Assembly (NCBI RefSeq): GCF_006345805.1
Contig: NW_021825821.1
Span: forward strand, 186,001-250,000
DNA from: Octopus sinensis
Lineage: Eukaryota
Direction: 5' to 3'
DNA length: 64,000 nt
This document shows positions 48,222 to 59,313 of this stretch, piece after piece (the stretch's first letter is position 1; each line of letters begins with the position of its first letter). The notes below the pieces were generated by a model that did not search any database, had not been told where the DNA came from, and worked only from the letters and a program-made list of their open reading frames with translations. Made by a program: the position numbers and the translations under genes.

Positions 48222-48824
48222 TGTCGCGAGCGCAGCGCGCGACCGAGCGCTAGACGCAACTTTGACACCTAACAAGCCTATCATCAACAAATATATTTAT
48301 TAAATTATTTAAAATTTTAACATGATTTAAAATTAAAATTGAAATAACTTAAGTTTTCCATTGAATCCCATAAAATAATTTATAAGTAGACCTTAATAGA
48401 AAAAGTAAAATCAATGAATACTGAACGCTAATTTGGTTTAGGTTGTGAGGGGGGTAATAATTTGACAGATCTCATTGCTATTTTTTCGTTTTAATCTCTA
48501 AAATTAGGTCTTCTAATCAAAAATGAACTGTGCAGACAGGCTTGCTCCTTCAGAAGATTCTTGTTTTGACATTTTTATAAATTATGAAGCATTTAGATTT
48601 TTTCTCATTATTCTAAAATATCAATTATAAATTTTAAAATATTATTTTTATTTATGAATCGGTTTTAAGCTCATTCTGCTTTGGCATCGATTTTAATTTT
48701 TGTTATCGAATATATTTAATCCCAAATACAAGCCTGGTTATTTGTCAATTTATAGATTTTTGATTGATCGGATCTAGAATTGAGTGGTTGCTCGCTGCGC
48801 TCGTCGCTCGCTGCGCTCGCGACA
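48222..48824. mobile_element. Non-autonomous TGT...ACA element (Ginger-type MITE), 603 bp, 5-bp TSD
   Basis: Ends TGTCGCGAGCGCAGCG / CGCTGCGCTCGCGACA; TAATA at 48217-48221 and 48825-48829. Confidence 0.8.
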
Positions 48825-48850
48825 TAATATTTTCTTTATATCTTCTTATT

Positions 48851-50639
48851 ATTATAGGCACTTTCACGATGGCATGGATCATGACAAAGCTTGTGCAGCA
48901 CAGGAAACAATACGAGTAATTAGTTTATTCCATTTCCCGCGATCTTGGGCGACGTCCCGTAGTGCATCGAGATCGTCCCCGTTCTTCAGTTCTTTACCAG
49001 CTCTCTTTAGGTTTCTATCCAGCGTACCCGTGTAAGTATTTCTCGTTTAATGTCAGAGTAATCGCTAAATCTTGGAAAAGAACAGCATTGTGCGAAGATC
49101 TGAAAAGATACAAAGTCTCTGTTGGATGTTTACAGGAGACAAAACTGCATGGGGGATTAGAAAAGGAACTGTCGGGCTATCACTTCATCTTATTCCGAAG
49201 TGAATGCAGACACTTTGGCCAAGAATTTGTAATAAAGAAGGAATTGAAACCAATGGTTCATCGCTGTTGGAGCATAAATGATCGCATAAAAAATCATTAC
49301 TTGCCGATTTTTATCAGGCAAACGGTCTATTCATTTGCAACACTGCATTCATGCACCGTGCAAGACACAAAACTACTTGGACGGGGTTTATAAACATTTA
49401 CAACCAGATAGATTATATAATCTGTCGATCTAAAGACAAAGCTCTTTTCACTGACGCAAGGTCATATGGTGGGTCAAACATTGACAGTGACCACAAAATG
49501 GTCATTGCAAGAATATCACTGAATAAACATCTAAACAACACAAATATCAAAGGGAGGCAGGATATCCTTAGGAAGAGAATACTCGACCTAAATGGACTCT
49601 CAATACAACAAATGGGAGATAACTATAGGAAATACCTTGATACGTATTTGGGAAGTGTGGAAACAAATCAACCATTCCCCAAACTCTGGGGACAAATCCA
49701 GGAATCAATACGAGGAGCAGCGGAGAAACAGCTCATGGACAGGGAAATGGTTACCACATCACCAAATGGAACAACTGAGATATCGCTCCTTGCTAAGAAA
49801 CAAAAATCTATTTGGTTACAATATTTAAATACGGAGAACAAGCACATCAAAGAAAAACTTGGTCGGGAAAGATTGAATATTAAGAAGAAGATCAAGAAGT
49901 GCGTCTTCTATATGTCAAGGAAGGAGGCTGAGATACAGATTAAGGCCATGGAAGCCTTGAAAGACAATGGAAGGTATTATGAGCGATCAGATTATTACGA
50001 GGACGTAAACACAGACAACCACTAATCATAAATGACAAAAATGGAAGACGAATTGCAGATTCCGCAGAATTAGCAGAACTAATCGCCGGCCACTTCGAAA
50101 AACTGTTTAGATCCAACAGCAAAGGAATTGATGGATATACCGGGCATCCTAGGAAATTGGAGTTGGAAATAACTCCTGCAGAAGTGCAAAGAGCATGTGC
50201 TGACCTCAAAAACAATAAAAGCCCAGGACCAGACGGACTAGGACCAGAGCTACTCAAATATGGAAGTGAAAAGCTAAATGTCCTCATTGCAGACCTTTTT
50301 AACGGAATGTTTAAAACAAACAACCATTTACCACTTGGACGAGGAATACTGGTCCCTGTCCAAAAACCGAACAAAGCTAAGGGAAAAGTGGAGAATCTGA
50401 GGCCAGTAATTCTTATGAATAGCATACGGAAAGTTCTTGCAATCATTACGCTAGAAAGAATAAAACCTCGCACCGAACTATTTATATCCGCTTTTCACAG
50501 CGGATTTCGGGAAGGAAGATCGACTTCTGACATCGTGTGGATCCATAGATGGCATTGTTCCGCCATTCAAAGTTCAAAAATGCGGCATATATTCTTGACA
50601 TTGATATGTCAAGAGCTTTTGTCTCGATTAACCGTCGAA
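48851..50639. mobile_element. RTE-clade LINE insertion with internal inversion, 13-bp TSD
   Basis: Minus strand 48851-~49030 is the C-terminus DALRDVAQDRGKW plus 3' UTR and TAA tail. Plus strand ~49030-50639 is APE (CLQETK, QIDYI, SDHKMV) and RT up to DMSRAF. ATATCTTCTTATT at 48838-48850 and 50640-50652. Confidence 0.85.
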
Positions 50640-52959
50640 ATATCTTCTTATTGAAGTAATGAATTCCACATCATTGTCATTTTCAATTTTTTCTAGAAGG
50701 CTATTTTCAATCTCTTAATTTGTAAAGCATTTCAGCCTTGCTTAATGATTTATGCACTTCTACACAACCCGATTCTTCTTGTTCTTCAATATAAATTAAT
50801 TTCTCCTCATCATCAATTGCCTCCTTTTTCACTGTAATCTATTGAAATAAATTCTTCTATTTCAGTTGGATCATATCTGTTTTGCCTACAATGTCACCTG
50901 GTATATTTATGTTAAGAAGTTGTGATTCACATTCTGTACATTTTAGACGTTTGAAACAGTTTGAAATCGTTTGAGATTTCACATCTTCCCATGCCATTTT
51001 TACAAACAATACAGTATCTCTAAGAGTTAACTTTTTATACGATTCATAGACTGAGTATTTCTCACATTCCAATATATCCGTTAAATAAAGTAATCCGTGT
51101 CTTGTAAAATGTATTTTGAACGTTGTTGTAATACCCAGATCCATTGGCTGAATAAGCCCTGTACTGTATTTTGGAATAAACATTATTTTAATATTTTACA
51201 AATAAAGAGGCGGTCAATGGGATGGGCAATTATCCATCAATAACAAAATTAATCTATTTTCAATAAATTGTCGAAATTCGTAATCCAATTCGCAAAAATT
51301 GATGCTGTCATCCAAGCCCTTTTGGAATTGTAATAAGAAACAAAGGAATTATAATCATAATTCTTGAAACATCTGGGCAATTTTGGTTTCCCGATCAATA
51401 GTGGTTTTAACTTATGTGTTCCTGACATATTGGCGCACAACATGACTGAGACTCTATCTTTGAAATTTTTATATCCGTCAAAACGTGATTTACAAATACT
51501 CCGAGATGGAATCAATTTATAGAATATTCCTGTCTCATCTAAATTGTAAATATTTTCCGACGAGTAACTCTGTGAAACTTCTTCAAAATTTTAAAAAATT
51601 GATCAATAGCCACATGTTTTTCAGAGCGCATTTCTCCGTGTAATTTACGATTTCGAAATCCATGTCTTTTTTTTTAATTTGTCTAAAAACCCGTATGAAT
51701 TTTTGAAATTAGTTAACGAAAGTTCTTTAGCGAAAAATTCTGCCTTATGTAATATTAGAGAATCGTTCAATAAAGCACCTTATATGTCAGAGTAGGAAGT
51801 GTACCTTTTGATTCCATTGAATCCATCCATTCGACTAATTTTTGATCGAGGTCGAGATATTTAAATTTTTTACAAGTTTTTTGTTCAGGAATTCGATTCT
51901 TGAAATGAAATAAGAACGATTCTGCATCCTTTAAAATTGCATTTACCGTCCTTCTTGAGATTGTCTTTTTAAAGATTGTAGACAATCTGCTGCAAATCGA
52001 CTGACATGAAGCAGACTTATTACTTTCTTTGTAACGCAATATTTCTACTTTTTGACCAATTGTAAGTCTAGTGTAGCTTTCAACAGGAACAGTGCGAATC
52101 ATGCTCGCTTTAAATTCTTTTTATTTTTTCAATTAAAAGAATTTTTTAATTAATAAAGAGAATTTTCACAAATTGTGGCAAATTTCATAATTCGCAAATA
52201 TCATTGAAAAGTAGAAAGAATCGATAAAAAATGGCGAATTTCAGAATTGACAAATTTAAGAATTGGCAGATTCTAGAGAGTTTACTGTATATATTTTGAT
52301 GAATTGCTAGTTAATTACCAACTATCAATTTATTTTAAATTTAGTTTCGTCAATGCATTTCTGTTTTATATCTCATCAGTAAATCAGCTTCTCACAAATA
52401 TGTGAATTTATTTTCATATGAATATCTATCTAATCTTGAATTTTTTAACGTATTTTCATAAACAAATCACGCTCGTATACAATGTTTAATCGCGAATATG
52501 ATTTTCTAAGTAATACAGTCAAAACTTAATTTGGAAAAGACCTCGGGGCTTGAACACCTCAGTTTTTGGAACAACTTCAGTTTCGGAATATTTGACAATT
52601 TGTATATATAATATAATTTTACACTGGAATCTCTCATTTTATTTCAAAGAAAAAAGTTCCAAGTCCCTCAAAGAAAAAGGCAATTTTTAGTAAAGTTGAG
52701 AAAAAAATGTATTATGTAAACGTTGTCAAGACACCAGCCAACTGATTTGTAAGAATAATTTGGAAATTAAAAAATTCAAGAAACTAAAGATTTAACAGTA
52801 AATCAATAAGTATAATTGAAATAAGTTTTTGCCCACTTTCATGAGTGTCAAAAAACTTAAAAGTCACTTCGAGTTTCTATAGACAAAATAGAGTGAATTT
52901 TTTGGATTTAGAATTTTATTAAAAAATTTTTTATTTATTGGAAACCAAACTAAAGTTTA

Positions 52960-53260
52960 ACCAGAATCAAAATTTAGTTGTCCGTCCTTCCTTGATGAAT
53001 AAATTTTTTCTTCTGCCTACTCTTGAACATCCCACATACAGCTGTCCATGAGAAAAACATTCGCTTTCTAAAAATAAGCCAAAATTCGTGGAATATAAAC
53101 ATTTTCACTTCTATACATACCTGTTAATATCGTCGCTTCTATTACGTTAACCATCAATTTTTTGATAACTAATCTCATTCCGTTGCATAATTTAGGTGGC
53201 GTAAGATTTTTATTTTTTGGAGTTTTTCTTTTTGGATTTTGTGATATCTTCTTTTCTGTT
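52960..53260 (-). pseudogene. Helitron helicase fragment, same family as 7790-8150
   Basis: PPKLCNGMRLVIKKLMVNVIEATILTG...FSHGQLYVGCSRVG. Confidence 0.8.
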
Positions 53261-53982
53261 TAGTTTTTAATTTGTTATTGCTGAGCGAGGGGAAGTTTAT
53301 GATACACAAACACACTAATCAAACATTTTAATGAAAGACATCAATCAACACATCAATTAAATAGAAGCTATCACATTAATAGATAACAGTAGGCAGAGAA
53401 GCAGCAGCCAAAAAGGGACACGCAAAGAAGAACCAGGCAACATAATGTGAAGTTAAGCATAAACAGTTTTAATTAATTAAGCTGAGCTTTCTTGTCTTCA
53501 GTTTTGTTTTTCCTCTTTCATTAATTTATTGATAAAATTATAAGAAGATAGACGCAAAACTAAGAAACGAAGGTCCCTCCTCAGTGACGCAGAGGATATT
53601 AGAATAAGGAAAACACTTACATACGCCGCACTACACAAGGACGATATAATTAGCTGTATTGAAAAAAACAGCAGAGAGTATGACGGTCGAACACAAACAT
53701 GAGATCAAATGACTGAAAACAAAATAAATTCGACTAGTAGCTTCATAATTGAAACAAGTCATTCACATGAAGACAGTATATAAAGTCAAAAAAAGACTCG
53801 TCACTAAAATGGGGAACAAGAACACAAGATAGATGCTGATATCTCGTCTCTTAAAAAGAAGAAATTACTCTTCACTAAATAAAAATTGAATTAATTAGTT
53901 TTAAATTAAATACCTTAACCTAGGTAATAATTTTTTTACTCAATAGAAATAAAATTATTGTCAAGCAACCAAAGTTTTTGAA

Positions 53983-56364
53983 ATGGCTACCCCAAGCCCG
54001 AATGAACTTAAGCGTTTAGTTTCCGAAGAAAAAAACCGACGAAGACTCTCGAGACTGCAAGAGGTGTGATTATCACTTTAATATTCCAGGTCAGACAACA
54101 GGAAAGACAGAACGCCAGAAAAGTCTTAGAAAATATACGAAAAATGAAAGAACTTGAATTAGACCGACATATAAATAATATCCAGGCATCGCAAAGATAT
54201 CAATTTTAGAATCAATTCCATTTTAACAAAAAATTAAGATTGCGGGAACTTTATAATGAATTGGAAAAATCAAACGAATTAATAGGCCAAGGACATATTA
54301 GTGCAGAGCAACAGGTTTTTTTCGAATTCAATTTCTAAGCCCGATTTTGAAAATATTACAAGAACTGAAATCTGGGAAAACCGACAAGTGGCGCAAAAAC
54401 GATTCGAAATTGCGTTAAAGTTACTTTGCAAAGAAAATAAAGAAAAAGTCTATAATTCCAAAAAACAGACATATTATAGGTTTTCTCTTTAGCCATATAT
54501 TTTAAGAATGAAATCACTTGCCACAGAAACTGATCGGTCCAAAAGAATTATAAGTTCAAAGATTTCGCAATCACATTTACATGAAATATTAAAATCCAAA
54601 AAGAAACTAAGTTAATTAATAATCTCATGAAACTTTATAGACAATCTTTCTGACATGAAAAAAGTTGGATTTTTCTCTACGACTTATTATCATTTACCAA
54701 AATGTTACACTGAGAGACCACTCAGTACTGATCAAGTCTTTTTGTTGTTTATTCTATTGAAGATTGATGCAATTATATCTGCAGAAAATAAGAACATAGA
54801 AAGTCAAGGAACTAATGAACAAAATAACAAGAAACACGTGGATAACTTGGAAAAAGCTCGTTTGCGTGGAAATGCAGCTTTGGAACATGAATTTGCTAAG
54901 CAGGTAGCATTTCGTAATTAAATCAACGCAGCATTACGTAAAAATGTGTAAAAAGTTAAATTCCATGACCATGGACGACAAGATTCGAAGAAGTGGATTA
55001 ACGACTGCCATTCCAGTTTTTTCCAACTACCAAATTCTTTATTAGAATCAAATATTTTCAACCGAAAAAAAGACTCCCAAAAAAATAGACCAGACGATCT
55101 ATGGGGAAATTGTGCTTGAAGATATCCCTCAGGCTCCTATTTCTCCTATAAAGTCTCTAATTGCCGAAGTGCCTTCTATATACATTGATCACACCGATTC
55201 AGCAACCAGCGAGTTTATCAATTTTTAAAACTTATGCTTAAGAAGTATGGATTTGGCGGATTGTAAAAAATATGACAATAAACAAATTTCTAAAGAGTTC
55301 TGCGATCTGCCAACACAAATGGTGGAAGAGAATGAGTCAATTCATATTAATTCAGTTTCCACAAAATCGCCATGCACTGACATAAATAGCTCGATAGATT
55401 CAAAACAGGAAGAAGAATATTTACTAAAGAAGGAATACGAAACCATCAAGTAATATGTTAAATATTATAAAAAGGAGTTGCCGTGACGTTGTTCAGCTTC
55501 AAGTCGACAGGTTAGAAAAAGAACGAGAGAAAATTAATCAATCGAAATCACTTACAAATTCAAAAAGCGATTTGGATTCACTAGGAAAAATTAATTCCGT
55601 GGAGAATTGTGTGAATTCAAGTTTTTCTTTGTGCGGAGATCAGTCCGAAGAACAAAATATCGCCGAAATATTAAAAGAAATTAAAATACAAAAAAAAGCT
55701 TAACCATGTTAATAACTTGATAGATTATTCGTGAAGAGCAAAATAAGCACAAAGAAGAATTGGCAAAGCTTAATTTTCCAAATGTTTTGGACAAAGGACA
55801 AAATTCGAACGACGACGAATATTCATCGTATAAATTTGACAACTCGGAAAATCTGAAAATCAAAAATACGCCCACTGAGAGCATAGACGTTTCTATTTCT
55901 CATTCCTCACTAAACCATTCTATTTCGTTAAATGGCAGCATCTCAAGCAATATTCACGAAACAAGCAAAGTTCTTTGTGAAAATGAATTATTTAGCTATC
56001 AACTGACAAAACTTACAATCGCGATAATTCAGAATTTTCAATTTCCAAAAAAGGTTCTGAATTAGGTTACAAATTCGAAACCAAATCATCACCAACCATT
56101 AAATCAGAAGATATGGACAATATTTCTAGTTTTAGTTCAGAAATAGAACAAGATATGTCTTGTTCGGATTCTTTATTGGTAGTCTTGTGAATTTAATACT
56201 AGATTAACCAGGAAATTGATGCTTCGCCCGAAAATATTCGAACTAATCCAATTTATAGCAGGTTTATACTTACTTTATTTTTCAGGTCGGATTCGTTAAG
56301 GTCATTCGAAAAATGGGAGGATTATTTTACTCGAACACTAACTCCAAAGCGAAAATTTACTTGA
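53983..56364 (+). CDS. CEP295: Centrosomal protein 295 (KIAA1731/Ana1) homologue; C-terminal exons approximate
   Basis: SPNELKRLVSEEKNRRRLSRLQE|VRQQER..IGQGH..STTYYHL..LEKARLRG parallels CEP295 SPNEE..ERRRKLRLLQVREQER..MGEGH..SSTYHHL..FEKAHVRG. Micro-introns, one GC-AG. Confidence 0.75.
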
Positions 56365-57512
56365 AAATAATTTGTTCAAAGCTGTTTGTAAATAAAGACG
56401 TAAATTTAATTTTCCTAACAGTCTACCATTTGCCAAAAAATATAAAATGAACTTGTTTTTAGGCATGTCAACTCTGTGTTCAGACAGTTAAGTGTTGACA
56501 ATTAGTGTGTCGATCACACGTCGCGGTTGAAGGCTGAGTAGAGGACAGTATTCGACTTATTCTGGCGATTCGAAAACCGGTAGAGTGATGAAAGGGGTTA
56601 TCTGGGATGTCATTTTCACTCATCTTCTATCTCAAGTTTGGAAAGTTGTTTTTTGGGACGCGACATGCGCAAAGAAATTTGGACTGAAACTTTATGCTGT
56701 GACTTCAGGAGTTTAATTTGCAATCCTTGGCAAGATTTCTATAGATACCCTCTGGTACACCAATTGATACAAAAGAAATTCTCATTTAAAGTCTCAGTAA
56801 TTATTTTTCTCAATAACTTATAGATTACAAAAAGCTGAACTCTTTTCACAGGGATCAGCTACGGCACTCCTGCCTTCTTGAGATAAATCTAGGAAGCCAG
56901 TTTAGTCACATGCTCAGAATAGAAATGGATGGACGGACCACGCTTTAAGGTTTTCCTTGATTAGGATTTCATTTGGAAGCGTTTTAAAGATGAAGAAGAT
57001 CTCAATATTTTACGCGACGGGGCTTAGAATAAAACGAAATAGAGAAATCTATCGAGGGATTTAATCTATTGTGCTACGCATGTTTTGTCATTATTGACGA
57101 GATCATGTAAATAAACACTTTGAGCGATAGAAAACTATTTTTGATTACATCTATTGTTCAAAATCATTTCATTGCGATTTCAGAATTGGGTAAAGCCAGA
57201 GACTTAGAATTGTTAATTTTATCTGTTGTTATCAAAATAGTTTGAAATTAAAAGCAATGAAAAAAATTATGACAATGAGCCCCCATTCTGGAAAATGGAA
57301 ATTTGAAAAAGATTTTGAAAAGTCGTTTTTATTAAATCTGTTAAATACAGAAACCGGTAAAGTAATATTTAGCATGATTGATTTATTTTTCCCAACTTTT
57401 AAAGGCTCCGCTAAAAATTCCCAGTGAGCTAAATATTTCAAAACGGACAAAGATATGAATTATCGACAATTGCTAAAGAGAGTTATCAAAAATATTCGAG
57501 AAAGTTGTTTTT

Positions 57513-58928
57513 ATGTTGAATAATATGTTAGTACCAACTGACACTGATTTTAAAAATATTCAGTTAATTTCAGAAAAAATGAAATTAATCAAGTCGATCA
57601 AAAATTTTTTTAATTATATTTAAGTCATATTTTTATCATACTAAGTTTTAAATATAAATAGATTCTAAAACCGCTTATGTATGAGGTTAACTTTTATGTT
57701 TAAAAAGTATTATCTGAATATTTTAGATTTCTGATTTTTATAGTGTAAAAACAAAGCTATATTATGCCTACGTTGAACATGACACCGGAAAAGTTTTTCA
57801 AATTTTTATCACATAATAGCTAAAAGATTTTATTTTTGAACAAAAAATTGAATCTGACCACGAATATTCAGTAATGGCATTTTGTGGAGTTGTTGTCGGA
57901 ATAGGCAAAGAAGTGAAATCCTTAAATATAAACGACACAATATTAGGTTTATATTATTATTTTGAATTGTAGGAATTATTCCCATTGAGTCATCTAAAAA
58001 AATGTTAAATATTTTGACTATTCCTGAATTTTTTTCTGGTCAATTTTTGCCTAAAAAATTTAGTTCGTATTGATCCATCTTCAAAATTCCGTTATTTGAC
58101 GTCATTTGTCTATAATTTTTTTAAAGCATATACTGCAATATTTTGTCTTGCTCGTGTTGCCGTGAACCAATCCATCTTGTTACTAGACGCTGCTAATTAT
58201 TTTGGTTTTTGCATTTATGAGACATTGCGAGCATCAATTGGACATACACGAAATGTTTTTTAATCAAGTTTTTAAATCTATTAGATTTGGGTTATTGTGA
58301 ATAATGATAGTGCAAAAAATAGATTCAAAATATGTTTAAAGATTCGTGTATTGGTTTAATATTTTGAATTTTTCAGCCGTTTTTGTTTATCAGGATCATA
58401 AAATGGATCTTTTCAAGCTTGTAATGAATATAAAAGATTATTTGGGGTTTGAGGTGATTATTGAATGCGGTTTTATAATATTTTAAACTACAGAAAATGA
58501 ATCTGATTCTGAAAAATATTATCAACTTTTTTATTCCAAATTGAAATCACTTTCATTTTGTGGACACTTAATGACATTAAAAGAAGATTTGCAAGTATTT
58601 ATTAATGAAAAAATGTTTTAGATAAGTCCATCGCATTCTCTGCTTATGAGTTCCAAGATGTGTTCAATCAGCTATTTGAGTATTCATTCGTGGCTTCTTA
58701 ATGCGACTAAGATTGGACGTTATCAACGTAGTTTTATTTTTAATGGATTTAGATATTTTGAGGGATATTATTAATAAACTTTCAAATGGAGAATTACAGT
58801 TTTTTGTGTTTTGTTATACTAGTATTGATCACGAGTTGGAATCGATGACATTGGATGAATTTAAACTGAGATTGGCTCGCAATAATTTACCAGATAATTT
58901 TTTAATATCATTTTTTGATATGTTATGA
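57513..58928 (+). CDS. CRYZL1: Quinone oxidoreductase-like protein 1 (zeta-crystallin-like); start uncertain
   Basis: GVVVGIGKEV..NDTILG|IIPIES, KAYTAIFCLARV..SILLLDAANYFG, LGFEVIIECG and ILRDIINKLSNG match CRYZL1 segments in order. Confidence 0.7.
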
Positions 58929-59104
58929 CTAACTTTATTTTTACTATTTATTTTCAAAAAATTGATTTATTTAATTTCCTGTATTTGTTTTAAACTATCT
59001 AAATGAAGAAGCATATTATTTTTTTAATTTAATTACGTCGATCGTAAGTTGTTTAACAGTAATAGGTTTGAATTAAAAAACAAATAAAATATCATGGAAG
59101 AAGA

Positions 59105-59310
59105 GAGGAGATAAATTCAGCCAGTAGCATCTTAATTGAAGCAAGTCATTTGTACGAAGATAATATGGAGAGTGCGGGAAAAAGAGTCGTAACTAACATG
59201 GAGAAAGAGGATCAAGGAGTGGTGTTGGTTACGTCCTCTTCTAAAAGGAGGAGATAAACCTCCAGCGGACAACGGTCGGATTAACATCAATATTAACTTA
59301 ATTAATCTAA
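59105..59310 (+). mobile_element. R4-clade extreme 3' fragment
   Basis: Colinear with the reverse complement of 18860-19080, including an identical CCTCCAGCGGACAACGGTCGGATTAACATCAA. Confidence 0.75.
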
Positions 59311-59313
59311 GTA

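Larger units (their letters stand above)
48055..52287 (-). mobile_element. pogo/Tigger transposon carrying two nested insertions
   Basis: TIR CAGTAAACTCTCTCTAATTTGCCA / TGGCAGATTCTAGAGAGTTTACTG, TA TSD. Transposase pieces: RLTIGQKVEILRY, YNLDETG, KDRVSVMLCAN, LMDNCP, IQPMDLGI. Confidence 0.9.

Noticed and set aside
48222-48260. AAV/parvovirus ITR-like GAGC repeats
   Set aside because: No Rep or capsid ORF and no T-shaped hairpin; TGT/ACA ends and a 5-bp TSD fit a DNA-transposon MITE.
52516-52860. pogo-like left end (TA-CAGTCAAAACTT)
   Set aside because: No matching right TIR or transposase motif found; too weak to annotate.
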